A stretch of 64,000 nucleotides of DNA from Haliotis cracherodii (Eukaryota). The notes beneath the pieces are model-generated. The model worked only from the letters and a program-made list of their open reading frames with translations. It searched no databases and had not been told where the DNA came from. The position numbers and the translations under genes were made by a program. This document shows, one piece after another, positions 11,701 through 25,422 of the stretch (position 1 is its first letter; each line of letters starts with the position of its first letter). The stretch lies in NCBI RefSeq assembly GCF_022045235.1, contig NW_027266308.1, positions 39,122,001 through 39,186,000 of the forward strand, in the 5' to 3' direction.

Positions 11701-14700
11701 GCCTCGACACACAGATGTAACACGTGCATGACTTTATACCTGGACACAACGATCTAACAAGTGTATGACTCTATGCCTGGACACACACATAAACAAGTGC
11801 ATGCCTCTATGCCTGGACACACAGATGTAACACGTTCATGACTCTATTCATGAACACACATATATAACACATGTATGACTCTATGCCTGGACACACAGAT
11901 GTACCACGTGTCTGACCCTATGCCTGGACACACAGATGTAACACGTGTATGGCTCTATCTACCACGTGTATGACTTAGCCTCGACACACAGATGTAACAC
12001 GTGCATGACTCTATTCATGAACACACAGATGTAACACGTGCATGACTCTATGCCTGGACACACAGGTGTAACACGTTCATGACTCTATTCATGAACCCAC
12101 AGATGTAACTCGTGTATGACTCTTTGCCTGAACACACAGATGTAACAACTGTATGACTCCCTCCCTCGACACACAGATGTAACACGTGCATGACTCTACG
12201 CCTTGACACACAGGTGTACCACGTGCATGACTCTATGCCTGGACACACAGATGTACCACGTGTCTGACCCTATGCCTGGACACACAGATGTAACACGTGT
12301 ATGGCTCTATCTACCACGTGTATGACTTAGCCTCGACACACAGATGTAACACGTGCATGACTCTATTCATGAACACACAGATGTAACACGTGCATGACTC
12401 TATGCCTGGACACACAGGTGTAACACGTTCATGAGTCTGTTCATGAACACACAGACGTAACACGTGTATGGCTCTATGTACCACGTGTATGACTAAGCCT
12501 GGACACACAGATGCAACCCCTGTTTGGCTCTATGCCGAGACACACAGATGTAACACGTGTATGGCTCTTTGCCGAGACACACAGATGGACCACGTCTATG
12601 ATTCTATGCCGAGACACACAGATGTACCATGTGCATGACTTAGCCTGGATGCACAGATGTAACACATTTATGACTCTATGCCGAGACACACAGATGTACC
12701 ACGTGTATGACTAAGCCTGGACACACAGATGTAACACATGTATGGCTCTTTGCCGAGACACACAGATGGACCACGTCTATGATTCTATGCCGAGACACAC
12801 AGATGTACCATGTGCATGACTTAGCCTGGATGCACAGATGTAACACATTTATGACTCTATGCCGAGACACAAAGATGTTACACGTGTATGACTAAGCCTG
12901 GATCCACAGATGTAACACATGTATGGCTCTATGCCGAGACACACAGATGTACCACGTGTATGACTTAGCCTGGATGCACAGATGTAACACAAGTATGGCT
13001 CTATGCCAAGACACACAGATGTAACATGTGTATGACTAAGCCTGGACACACAGATGTAACACGTGTATGGCTCTATGCCGAGACACACAGATGGACCATG
13101 TCTATGACTCTATGCCGAGACACACAGATGTAACACATGTATGGCGCTGTGCCTGGACACACAGATGTAACACGTTTATGGCGCTGTGCCTGGACACACA
13201 GATGTAACACGTGCATGACTCTATGCCTGGACACACAGATGTAACACGTGTATAGCTCTATCTAACACGTGTATGACTAAGCCTCGACACACAGATGTAA
13301 CACGTGCATGACTTTATACCTGGACACAACGATCTAACAAGTGTATGACTCTATGCCTGGACACACACATAAACAAGTGCATGCCTCTATGCCTGGACAC
13401 ACAGATGTAACACGTTCATGACTCTATTCATGAACACACATATATAACACATGTATGACTCTATGCCTGGACACACAGATGTACCACGTGTCTGACCCTA
13501 TGCCTGGACACACAGATGTAACACGTGTATGGCTCTATCTACCACGTGTATGACTTAGCCTCGACACACAGATGTAACACGTGCATGACTCTATTCATGA
13601 ACACACAGATGTAACACGTGCATGACTCTATGCCTGGACACACAGGTGTAACACGTTCATGACTCTATTCATGAACCCACAGATGTAACTCGTGTATGAC
13701 TCTTTGCCTGAACACACAGATGTAACAACTGTATGACTCCCTCCCTCGACACACAGATGTAACACGTGCATGACTCTACGCCTTGACACACAGGTGTACC
13801 ACGTGCATGACTCTATGCCTGGACACACAGATGTACCACGTGTCTGACCCTATGCCTGGACACACAGATGTAACACGTGTATGGCTCTATCTACCACGTG
13901 TATGACTTAGCCTCGACACACAGATGTAACACGTGCATGACTCTATTCATGAACACACAGATGTAACACGTGCATGACTCTATGCCTGGACACACAGGTG
14001 TAACACGTTCATGACTCTATTCATGAACCCACAGATGTAACTCGTGTATGACTCTTTGCCTGAACACACAGATGTAACAACTGTATGACTCCCTCCCTCG
14101 ACACACAGATGTAACACGTGCATGACTCTACGCCTTGACACACAGGTGTACCACGTGCATGACTCTATGCCTGGACACACAGAAGTAACACGTGTATGAC
14201 TTTATTCCGAGACACACAGATGTAACACGTGTGTGATTCTATGCCTGGACACACAAATGTACCACGTTTATGACTAAGCCTGGCCCCACAGATGTAACAC
14301 ATGTATGGCTCTATGCCGAGACACACAGATTTACCACGTGTACGACTCTATGCCTGGACACACACATAAACAAGTGTATGATTATATGCCTTGACACACA
14401 GATGTAACACGTTCATGACTCTATGCCTGGACACACAGGTGTAACACGTTCATGACTCTATTCATGAACCCACAGATGTAACACGTGTATTACTCTTTGC
14501 CTGAACACACAGATGTAACACGTGTATGACTCCCTCCCTCGACACACAGATGTAACACGTGCATGACTCTACGCCTTGACACACAGGTGTACCACGTGCA
14601 TGACTCTATGCCTGGACACACAGACGTAACACGTGTATGACTTTATTCCGAGACACACAGATCTAACACGTGTGTGATTCTATGCCTGGACACACAGATG

Positions 14701-16415
14701 TACCACGTTTATGACTAAGCCTGGCCCCACAGATGTAACACATGTATGGCTCTATGTCGAGACACACAGATTTACCACGTGTACGACTCTATGCCTGGAC
14801 ACACGCATAAACAAGTGTATGACTCTATGCCTGGACACACAGATGTAACACGTTCATGAGTCTGTTCATGAACACACAGACGTAACACGTGTATGGCTCT
14901 ATGTACCACGTGTATGACTAAGCCTGGACACACAGATGCAACCCCTGTTTGGCTCTATGCCGAGACACACAGATGTAACACGTGTATGGCTCTTTGCCGA
15001 GACACACAGATGGACCACGTCTATGATTCTATGCCGAGACACACAGATGTACCATGTGCATGACTTAGCCTGGATGCACAGATGTAACACATTTATGACT
15101 CTATGCCGAGACACACAGATGTACCACGTGTATGACTAAGCCTGGACACACAGATGTAACACATGTATGGCTCTTTGCCGAGACACACAGATGGACCACG
15201 TCTATGATTCTATGCCGAGACACACAGATGTACCATGTGCATGACTTAGCCTGGATGCACAGATGTAACACATTTATGACTCTATGCCGAGACACAAAGA
15301 TGTTACACGTGTATGACTAAGCCTGGATCCACAGATGTAACACATGTATGGCTCTATGCCGAGACACACAGATGTACCACGTGTATGACTTAGCCTGGAT
15401 GCACAGATGTAACACAAGTATGGCTCTATGCCAAGACACACAGATGTAACATGTGTATGACTAAGCCTGGACACACAGATGTAACACGTGTATGGCTCTA
15501 TGCCGAGACACACAGATGGACCATGTCTATGACTCTATGCCGAGACACACAGATGTAACACATGTATGGCGCTGTGCCTGGACACACAGATGTAACACGT
15601 TTATGGCGCTGTGCCTGGACACACAGATGTAACACGTGTATGGCGCTATGCCGAGACACACAGATGTACCACGTCTATGACTCTATGCCGAGACACACAG
15701 ATGTACCACGTGTATGACTTAGCCTGGATGCACAGATGTAACACATGTATGGCTCTATGCCGAGACACACAGATGTAACATGTGTATGACTAAGCCTGGA
15801 CACACAGATGTAACACGTGTATGGCTCTATGCCGAGACACACAGATGGACCATGTCTATGACTCTATGCCGAGACACACAGATGTAACACGTGTATGGCG
15901 CTGTGCCTGGACACACAGATGTAACACGTTTATGGCGCTATGCCTGGACACACAGATGTAACATGTGTATGACTAAGCCTGGACACACAGATGTAACACG
16001 TGTATGGCTCTATGCCGAGACACACAGATGGACCATGTCTATGACTCTATGCCGAGACACACAGATGTAACACGTTTATGGCGCTATGCCTGGACACACA
16101 TATGTAACACGTTTATGGCGCTATGCCTGGACACACAGATGTAACACGTGTATGGCGCTATGCCTGGACACACATATGTGATATGTGTATTAGTAAGCCT
16201 GGACACACAGATGTAACATGTGTGTGACTCTACTCCTGGACACAAAGATGTAACACGTGCATGACCCTATGCCTGAACACACAGATGTAACACGTGAATG
16301 ACTCTATACCTGGACACACAGATGTAACACGTAGTAACACGTGCATGACCATATACCTGAACACGCAGGTGTAACACGTGCATGACTCTATACCTGGACA
16401 CATAGATGTAACACA
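8770..16415. repeat. 37-bp tandem satellite array 2 (~7.6 kb) with higher-order repeats
   Basis: Same monomer as array 1; diagnostic variant TATAGCTCTATCTAAC recurs at ~9246, 11671 and 13251; identical ORFs offset by 2425, 1580 and 4005 bp. Confidence 0.97.
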
Positions 16416-17022
16416 GGGTTAGGTCCCTTCTCCAAAACCCGCTGATGCGTTTCTCCACGTGTTTTATGTATTTCCTTGCAACTAGGTAGCTTAAAGACTT
16501 TTTAATATGATTTTATTTGTTTTCCCTTATATGATTGCCTTAAGCACTGATGGTTGATCGTAAGTTCACTCATTCAATATTTACCGATATTTTGCCTTTA
16601 CCCCAGATCAAATCTGTTTCGGCAGATACTCGAGACTGATCATTGTCTGACTTTGACGTATAATATTAAACTATCTAAATAGGCAGTAATTCGTAACTGA
16701 CAGCTTAAGCCATAAGGATTCAGCAGCAAGATGTATGCGAACTGTAAGATGTTGAGAACAGTTTACTATACCTGCATTTACAGTCACTTGAGATTTATTC
16801 ATTACGTTCTTTTTATTGTATTGATTAAAAGATGGTACTTGTTACCCTGCTTGGCGTTTGGCATTTGGGGGATAAATCAAAGACAGGTCGGCTCATATAT
16901 ACTGTGTCCGAGTAGGACATCCATCTCAAACAGCGGCAAGGTATCCCAGTGGACTAGCACTATAAAACAGACACTAGACCGGACTAGTTCAAGCAAGCAC
17001 AAACAGAAAGATGACCCCCCAG

Positions 17023-17135
17023 CACACACTACTGCTGACCCAACAGCCCGTGTCAACCCTGCCAGAGGTGAAGGGGGCAACGAGAAAGTCGGCAAATGGC
17101 TCCACCGGCATGTTTGACAACAAGTACGTTCGACA
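17023..17135 (+). pseudogene. Further-eroded orphan M4 fragment upstream of copy 2
   Basis: TTADPTARVNPARGEGGNEKVGK, then a deletion, then the same TACGTTCGACACTAGAACCGGG junction as at ~3252. Confidence 0.8.
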
Positions 17136-17427
17136 CTAGAACCGGGATGATTAATGATAACTGAATAAAGCGTTCTACACCGACAATATAATTAAAGTAG
17201 TGATAGTATCAGAAGACAGAAATATACTACACAATACCAACACGTGGGCATACCTCGGGGCCACTGATGAGAAAACCTCACCCTCATAATTAGAGTATCG
17301 TTTACCCTAATGTCTTCTGTAATGCAATATGGGACTTAACAATTAAAACCATAGCTTGGGGACATATATATTTATTAATATTAATAATTACTTTAGAGAG
17401 CAGGTGCCTCTTGTTGTATCGCCATGC

Positions 17428-17497
17428 TATATAAACCTCGGACACTGGTCAGTTGTCATCCTCCTCTTGGAATCGGATCCTTGTCCCCACATCACAG
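17428..17497 (+). promoter_or_regulatory. TATA box and non-coding first exon of M4 copy 2
   Basis: TATATAAA 17428-17435; canonical donor CAG|GTAAGT at 17497/17498. Confidence 0.65.
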
Positions 17498-17940
17498 GTA
17501 AGTGGCTCTTGGTCAAGTTTAACTCATACATCAATGACATCTGCTTAGTCTGTTTAATCTTACATACTGATGCTGCTAAAGAAGGCATTCCGCGTCCCTA
17601 TGAATCGTCAGTGTGAAGTGTGAACCACTAAAACAGCAGCAGAAAGTCGCATATGCAGGGTAAAGAAATTTAACGGACTTTGCTTCTATTAATAACAATT
17701 TATTCTTAAACTGGAGTTAATGTATGAGCTACACAAGAGTGAGTGTGTTAGTGATTGAATCATAGGTCTTTTGCACTCCTAAGGGACGCAACTGCGCATA
17801 GTGTTCATATTGTTCTTTCTCCATGTACCTAATCTCTCAAATTTCCAGAATATCAACGTTCTACTTTTGAAACAAATACCGTAATTGTTCCCATTAAACA
17901 CTTGCTTTGATGTTTGTTACAGAACAGTAGACACGACAGG

Positions 17941-20371
17941 ATGAATTTCTGCCTAATACAGCTAGGTAAGTTATCGCTCTTCTTGAAAACTAATTCTAAA
18001 CTGTAATCGGGGGCTTGTATAGAATTGTTTTTGACATGACGACGTCAAGGACTCTGGAACAAGACAAACGTGTACACGGATCGCGAATAGTGCACATAAG
18101 GTACTGAATAGATTGCAATTTCAAATGTTGCAAAGACAAATTTATACTGTATGACAGTAAAATTCCCGTTTGCGTTGTGTTTTTATTCTTCGAAATAAGA
18201 CACGAAAGATAGAAATGTGGTGCACACGCTGTTGTGATCACATTTCATTCCTGTTGATTTCTTTACATGCAGAGAGAGGTTTTTAATTGTAAAAGGGCAA
18301 ACAATTCAAACAATATGTCCTGAGGTAGCTGTGGTTTCATAATGAATACGTTTATCGTCACTATACCTTTTATTCAGGTCTGCTGGCGCTGACAGTGTAC
18401 AACATCGAGGCGGCACGTCGAGTCAACGTTGCTAACGTCGCCCGACGTCTGAAATCTCGGACCGGCTACCACAGCACTCGTGCAGAGCTGTGTTCAGAGT
18501 TGGGTCTACACGGGAAGAACGCCATCGTGCCCGGGACGTCTTTGAAAACAGCGCGAGGGAGGGTCAAGGAGCGTCTCCGACAGACCTACGGGGGATTGGA
18601 AGTAGTGGGAGGGAACGTAGTCGCCGATGTCAACCCCAGCCTCGGCTACACTGGCGTCGTCAGCGGTGAAATCTACACATCACTGGAGGAAGATATCGCC
18701 AACCCCGAAGACTGTGAGCAGTCACATGGCGTCGTCACGGGGGTAGCGCTCACGAAGGAGGGGGTCAAAGAGTCTCAAGTCAGTAATCTCAAGGTCGAGA
18801 AAAACGTCTACGTCAAGAAGAATGGCGTTGCTCGTCTGACCTATGAAATCAACTTCTTCTACATGAACGGTCACAAGCCAAGCCGTCCCTGTTACTTCAT
18901 CGACGCCTGCGATCTAACTGTAGTCCTTACGTTCAACAACATCCAGAACAAAGCTGTAGAGAGACGCCAAGACGAATGTCAAGAAAACACCACCCCGATG
19001 CCAGAGCCAACAACGACTCCAGAAGAACCTACCACAATTGAAGCTACCACCGAGGACCAATGTGACGCAGACACAACTCAAGGCCGGAACACAGCTACTC
19101 CAGCAACAGCAGCACCCACAACTGCTGACCCAACAGCCTGTGTCAACCCTGCCAGAGGTGAAGGGGGCAATGAGAAGGTCGGCAAATACGTGTACGGCGT
19201 TCCACCTCTCTGCCTCAACACCACCGTCAGTGTCTCCACCTGCACGCTGGAGAACGAATACGTCAAAGTGGTGGACTTGAAACAAGGTACAAATAGGAAC
19301 AACCGCGCCGCCTCCACCTACACTTGCGCCGATGGCTACGACGACGCTATCAACGGTGCCTACTCCCCTGTCCTGGATGCCATGAACTTTGGCACCAAGT
19401 CTGCCCGTATGTTTATCGAATGGTACAAGACAACTCCCCTCAACTTCAAGCCGGTTCTCTTCGTCCACTACAGCACAAACTACGAGAACGCCTTCTGGGA
19501 CGGCAGCAGCCTCACATTCGGCGATGGTCGAAACACTTTCTACCCACTGGTCAACCAGGATGTTGTATCTCACGAACTTGCCCACGGAGTCACAAACCAA
19601 AACTCCAACCTCATCTACGACGATCAATCTGGCGGCATCAACGAAGCCTTCTCAGACATAACAGGGGAGACAACAGAGATGTTTGCTCGTGGTTCCAACG
19701 ACTGGCTTGTTGGATCTGAAATCTTTAAGAGCACCAGTGGAGCCCTCCGTTACTTTGAAAACCCTACAAGAGACGGCCGCTCCCTCAAACACACCAGGGA
19801 CTACAACGACAACGTCGATGTGCACTACAGCAGCGGCATCTTCAACCATGCCTTCTACCAGATCGTGAATGAAAACAACATGCCTATTAGAGAGGCATTC
19901 GAGTGTTTCCTCCGCGCTAACATCATCTACTGGGGCCGTTCGACCACCTTTGAGGAAGGCGCCTGTGACGTCATGCGTGCTTGCTACGACCTCGGCTACG
20001 ATTATCTGATCGTGAAACGATCCTTCGAGGTGGTAGGAGTCACTTTCAGTGAGTGTGAGGAGCCGAGCTTCATGGAGACTGTGCCTGAGAACGAGATCCT
20101 AGCGGATCTCACTGTCTCCTCCTCCCATCGTCCCGTGTTTCTGCTGGAGCCTCCATCGGGGTCAACCCGCGTCATCGTAACGTCATCTGGACAGGGTCAC
20201 TCCATCATCTTGGCCGTGTACCAAAACCTTGAATCTTCCACGCCGGTATCCATGGCAACAGGCGAGCTAACACACCAGCTTCCATCTGGATCACCGTCGC
20301 TGTACCTGCGTGTATCTGCTGACGTTGTCAACGCCATCACTGACGTCAACGTTCGCATTTCGTATGAATGA
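17941..20371 (+). CDS. M4 zinc metalloprotease copy 2; join(17941..17965,18378..20371), 672 aa
   Basis: Same exon structure and all catalytic motifs as copy 1 (HELAH, NEAFSD, DVHYSSG); intact ORF. Confidence 0.95.
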
Positions 20372-20766
20372 TATCTTAAAGTGGCATTTTAGAGGACGTG
20401 GCGTCAATGAAAACAGCGATAACTTATGGATTTCCACTTCTTTGTTCATTAAAAGCGACATTTCGATGAAGGTGCTTATAGGCCTATCATACATGCTTGA
20501 CACGTGTACTAGCACCTGTACCGAGACGTCGCATTAGATATATATAGTTGAAAACCATACGTCAACTGATTGTATGAGTGAACGTTTTGTTTGCTTGAAT
20601 ATTGTGTCAACGTTATAATTGAATAAAAGATAGAACGTACAGTTTGTTTGTCTGAATCAGTGTTTTTAATAAGCATTAACTTTTAACCAATACAATAGTC
20701 ACAACTGATGATATACTTCCTTGGGTACCGATATTTACCTTTCGTAATGTTTTCCTCTGCGCGTGG

Positions 20767-20856
20767 ATCTCTCTCTCCCTCCCTCCCCCCTCCTTCCCCC
20801 CCCCCCTCTCTCTCTCCCTAACACCCCCCCCCCCCCCCCCCCCCCCTCTCTCTCTC
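20767..20856. repeat. Polypyrimidine (C/CT) low-complexity tract
   Basis: Direct reading. Confidence 0.9.
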
Positions 20857-21116
20857 GTGTGTATATTACGTGAAATATTCTTGATCGCGACGTTAAACCC
20901 AATTTCAATCCACCTATACCTGGACACACAGAAGTTACACATCTAGAATTCTTTGCCTGTCTAGGCATAGGTGGGATCATGAAATAGAAATGTTATAATC
21001 AGTCGTCAGAAGAAAGATCAGCTTTTAAAAATGACTGCCAGAGATAGAACGGTTTCGAAACACAAAACATACCCCCCCCCACACACACACACCACCCCCA
21101 CCCCCACCCCCACCCC

Positions 21117-21637
21117 ACGTGTATGACTCTATGTCTGGACACACAGATGAAACACGTGATTGACTCTGTGCCTGGTCACACAGATGAAACACGTGTATGA
21201 CTGTATGCCTGGACACACAGGTGTAACACGTGATTGACTCTATGCCTGGTCACACAGATTAAACACGTGTATGACTGTATGCCTGGACACACAGATGAAA
21301 CACGTGCATGACTCTATGCCTGGTCACACAGATGAAACACGTGTATGAGTCTATTCCTGGACACACATATGAAACACGTGTATGACTGTATGTCTGGACA
21401 CACAGATGTAACACGTGTATGAGTCTATTCCTGGACACACAGATGTAACACATGCATGACTCTATGCCTGGACACACATGTATAACACGTGTATGAGTCT
21501 TTGCCTGGACACACATGTATAACACGTGTATGAGTTTATGCCTGGACACACAGATGTAACACGTGTATGACTGTGTGCCTGGACACACATGTGTAACACG
21601 TATATGACTGTATGCCTGGACACAGAGATGTAACACA
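21117..21637. repeat. 37-bp tandem satellite array 3
   Basis: Same monomer and orientation as arrays 1 and 2. Confidence 0.95.
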
Positions 21638-21808
21638 ATCTGAAATAGTTACATGGGGACTTAACTATCTGAATAGTCACATGTAAATAAAAGTGATAAA
21701 CTTTAAACATGTTTAAGTGTAGGTCAGAGCAAGGGGGCTTAACACTGTGTGACATGTCCACACGTGTTCAAAAAAAGTGCATATCATCAGGCACAAGTCA
21801 AATGTGGA

Positions 21809-22087
21809 GGGGCACGGGTGGCCCAGTCGTCGAAGGCGCCGCGATTCGCTTTGCAGAGTTGCATGTCTTAGGCACGCCAGAATCCTATGATTGTGGGTTC
21901 GAATCTCTGTTCTCCCCGATTATGTTTTTAGGTTTGTCAGCACCATACCCGTGCTCGTGTGTTTCACCGAAGTGGTAAACGTCTGAGACCTGCATCAATT
22001 CTGGCTTTTCTCCACATTAAGCTGACACGCCGTGATATAACTGGAATACTGTTAAAAGCGTTAAACCCAACTCACTCACTCACTCAC
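21809..22087 (+). mobile_element. tRNA-derived SINE (family B)
   Basis: A-box-like TGGCCCAGTCG, B-box-like GGTTCGAATC, 3' tail GCGTTAAACCCAACTCACTCAC. Confidence 0.9.
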
Positions 22088-22104
22088 ATCCACGGGCACT
22101 TGAA

Positions 22105-22340
22105 GCCCGTAAAGATCCGGGTAGAGAATAGCTCTTCAGGAACCCATGCTTGCCGTCAGAGGCGACTAAAGAGATCGGGTGGTCAGGCTCGCTGACTTGG
22201 TTGATGCAGGTCATCGTATCCCAATTGCCTAGATCGATGCTCATGATGTCCATCACTGGATTGTCTGGTCCAGATTCGATTATTTACAGACAACCAGCTG
22301 GAATATTGCTGATTGCGTCGTCAAATAACAAACAAGCAAA
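22105..22340 (+). mobile_element. SINE-like retroposon (family A)
   Basis: CCCGT.AAGATCCGGG...GGCGACTAA...GGTCAGGCTCGCTGACTTGG...ACTGGATTGTCTGGTCCAGA...(AAAC)n; about 12 copies in window. Confidence 0.85.
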
Positions 22341-23128
22341 CATCAGACACATGCACTTGTATAACATATGTATCGCCAGGACTTACAACGAAATTGTTAC
22401 AATATTATCATACACATGGTGAATAGGAATACTTACACAGCACAAGTGGTAGCATGAAGGAATACCAATCGAAAGGTTTAAAAATTATTGTGTTCATTAA
22501 TGTGTGTTGCTGTATGACTTATGGCATTTTTTCTCAAAATTGGAACGGGCTTACTTCGAACTGTTTAAGTTCCCGCGCACCCGCGCACGCAAATTAATCC
22601 ATTTATATTGCTAAAATAGCTCACTTCATCATTATGCGACAGTATGTGATTCATGACAGGATTATGCTTTCATAATTAATAACGGGACAAAAACATTACG
22701 GAGAAAGGACATTAAAGGAAAAAGTTACGATAGAATTGGATAGATTGGAGCCTAAAGAAGAATACGATCAGTTCTTGTATTGTGACTGTTGTGTTGGAGG
22801 TTCTCAAGTCTTGGATAAAAAATTATGTTTATTAAAAACACTGATTCAGACAAACACACTGTATGTTCAATCATTTATTCAGTTATGATGTTGACATAAT
22901 ATCCAATCAAAAAGCGTTCACTCATACAATCAGATGACGTATGGGTTTCAACTTTATTATTTTCAATGCGACGTCTCGGTACAGGTGCTAGTACACGTGT
23001 CAAGCATGTGTGATAGACCTATGAGCACTTTCATCCAAGTGTCGCATTTAATGAACAAAGAAGTGGAAATCCATAAGTTATCGCTGTTTTCATTAACACC
23101 ACATCCTCTAAAATGCCACTTTAAGATA

Positions 23129-25422
23129 TCATTCATACGAGATGCGAACGTTGACGTCAGTAATGGCGTTGGCTACGTCAGCAGATACACGCAGGTACAG
23201 CGACGGTGATCCAGATGGAAGCTGGTGTGTTAGCTCGCCTGTTGCCATGGATACCGGCATGGAAGATTCAAGGTTGTGGTACACGGCCAAGTTGATGGAG
23301 TGACCCTGTCCAGATGACGTAACGATGACGCGGGTTGACCCCGATGGAGGCTCCAGCAGAAACACGGGACGATGGGAGGAGGAGACAGTCAGATCCGCTA
23401 GGATCTCGTTCTCAGACACAGTCTCCATGAAGCTCGGCTCCTCACACTCACTGAAAGTGACTCCTACCACCTCGAAGGATCGTTTCACAACCAGATAATC
23501 GTAGCCGAGGTCGTAGCAAGCACGCATGACGTCACAGGCGCCTTCCTCAAAGGTGGTCGAACGGCCCCAGTAGATGATGTTAGCGCGGAGGAAACACTCG
23601 AATGCCTCTCTAATTGGCATGTTGTTTTCATTCACGATCTGGTAGAAGGCATGGTTGAAGATGCCGCTGCTGTAGTGCACATCGACGTTGTCGTTGTAGT
23701 CCCTGGTGTGTTTGAGGGAGCGGCCGTCTCTTGTAGGGTTTTCAAAGTAACGCAGGGCTCCACTGGTGCTCTTAAAGATTTCAGATCCAACCAGCCAGTC
23801 GTTAGAACCACGAGCAAACATCTCAGTTGTCTCCCCTGTTATGTCTGAGAAGGCTTCGTTGATGCCGCCAGATTGATCGTCGTAGATGAGGTTGGAGTTT
23901 TGGTTTGTGACTCCGTGGGCAAGTTCGTGAGATACAACATCCTGGTTGACCAGTGGGTAGAAAGTGTTTCGACCATCGCCGAATGTCAGGCTGCTGCCGT
24001 CCCAGAAGGCGTTCTCGTAGTTTGTGCTGTAGTGGACGAAGAGAACCGGCTTGAAGTTGAGGGGAGTGGTCTTGTACCATTCGATAAACATACGGGCAGA
24101 CTTGGTGCCAAAGTTCATGGCATCCAGGACAGGGGAGTAGGCACCGTTGATAGCGTCGTCGTAGCCATCGGCGCAAGTGTAGGTGGAGGCGGCGCGGTTG
24201 TTCCTATTTGTACCTTGTTTCAAGTCCACCACTTTGACGTAGTCGTTCTCCAGCGTGCAGGTGGAGCCACTGACGGTGGTGTTGAGGCAGAGAGGTGGAA
24301 CGCCGTACACATATTTGCCGACCTTCTCGTTGCCCCCTTCTCCTCTGGCAGGGTTGACACAGGCTGTTGGGTCAGCAGTTGTGGGTGCTGCTGTTGCTGG
24401 AGTAGCTGTGTTCCGGCCTTGTGTTGTGTCTGCGTCACATTGGTCCTCGGTGGTAGCTTCAATTGTGGTAGGTTCTTCTGGAGTCGTTGTTGGCTCTGGC
24501 ATCGGGGTGGTGTTTTCTTGACATTCGTCTTGGCGTCTCTCTACAGCTTTGTTCTGGATGTTGTTGAACGTAAGGACTACACTTAGATCGCAGGCGTCGA
24601 TGAAGTAACAGGGACGGCTTGGCCTGTGACCGTTCATGTAGAAGAAGTTGATTTCATAGGTCAGACGAGCAACGCCATTCTTCTTGACGTAGACGTTTTT
24701 CTCGACCTTGAGATTACTGACTTGAGACTCTGTGACCCCCTCCTTCGTTAGCGCTACCCCAGTGACGACGTCATGTGACTGCTCACAGTCCTCGGGGTTG
24801 GGGATATCTTCCTCCAGTGATGTGTAGATTTCACCGCTGACAACGCCAGTGTAACCGAGGCTGGGGTTGACGTCAGCGGCTACGTTCCCTCCCACTACTT
24901 CCAACCCCCCATAGGTCTGTCGGAGACGCTCCTTGACCCTCCCTCGCGCTGTTTTCAAAGACGTCCCGGGCACGATGGCGTTCTTCCCGTGTAGACCCAA
25001 CTCTGAACACAGCTCTGCACGTGTGCTGTGGTAGCCGTACCGAGATTTCAGACGTCGGGCGACGCTTGCAACGTTAACTCGACGTGCCGCCTCGATGCTG
25101 TACACGGTCAGCGCCAGCAGACCTGAAAAAAGGTGCAAAAATACACATTAACAAATCTATTTATGTTAATGTAAGACAGTTCCATCTCCAAGCAGAAAAC
25201 AGTCAGAGTATATCCGTGTAATGCGGAATAACTTAATATAACATTAAATGAATCCGAAACATCGGCATTGCGACGATCAAATATTCATTATCCAACCCTT
25301 ACTCCAACAATTCTTGTCGCGAATTCTTTTTGTGGAGACGAAACATACAAATACCAGTTTATAATTATTTCTTAAAAAGAGCGATTTTATTACTTACCTA
25401 GGTGTATAAGCCGGAAATTCAT
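23129..25422 (-). CDS. M4 zinc metalloprotease copy 3 (inverted); complement(join(23129..25122,25398..25422)), 672 aa
   Basis: Mini-exon MNFRLIHL-G with GTAAGT donor, acceptor TTTTTCAG at 25123; catalytic motifs intact. Confidence 0.95.

Larger units (their letters stand above)
16410..20720 (+). repeat. Segmental duplication unit 2, paralogous to ~2330-7150
   Basis: Collinear satellite edge, SINE fragment, orphan fragment, promoter, introns, CDS and 3' flank. Confidence 0.9.

Noticed and set aside
8751-16458. Many Cys/His/Val-rich ORFs (e.g. MCPGIESCT..., MSRHRVIN...)
   Set aside because: They are translations of the satellite in shifting frames
716-21637. CRISPR array (37-bp repeats)
   Set aside because: Monomers are head-to-tail with no unique spacers, there are no cas genes, and the context is eukaryotic
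4104-25422. Bacterial contamination or a prophage/island explaining the M4 genes
   Set aside because: Conserved spliceosomal introns, TATA boxes and poly(A)-type signals, interspersed host SINEs/MITEs, and no other bacterial genes
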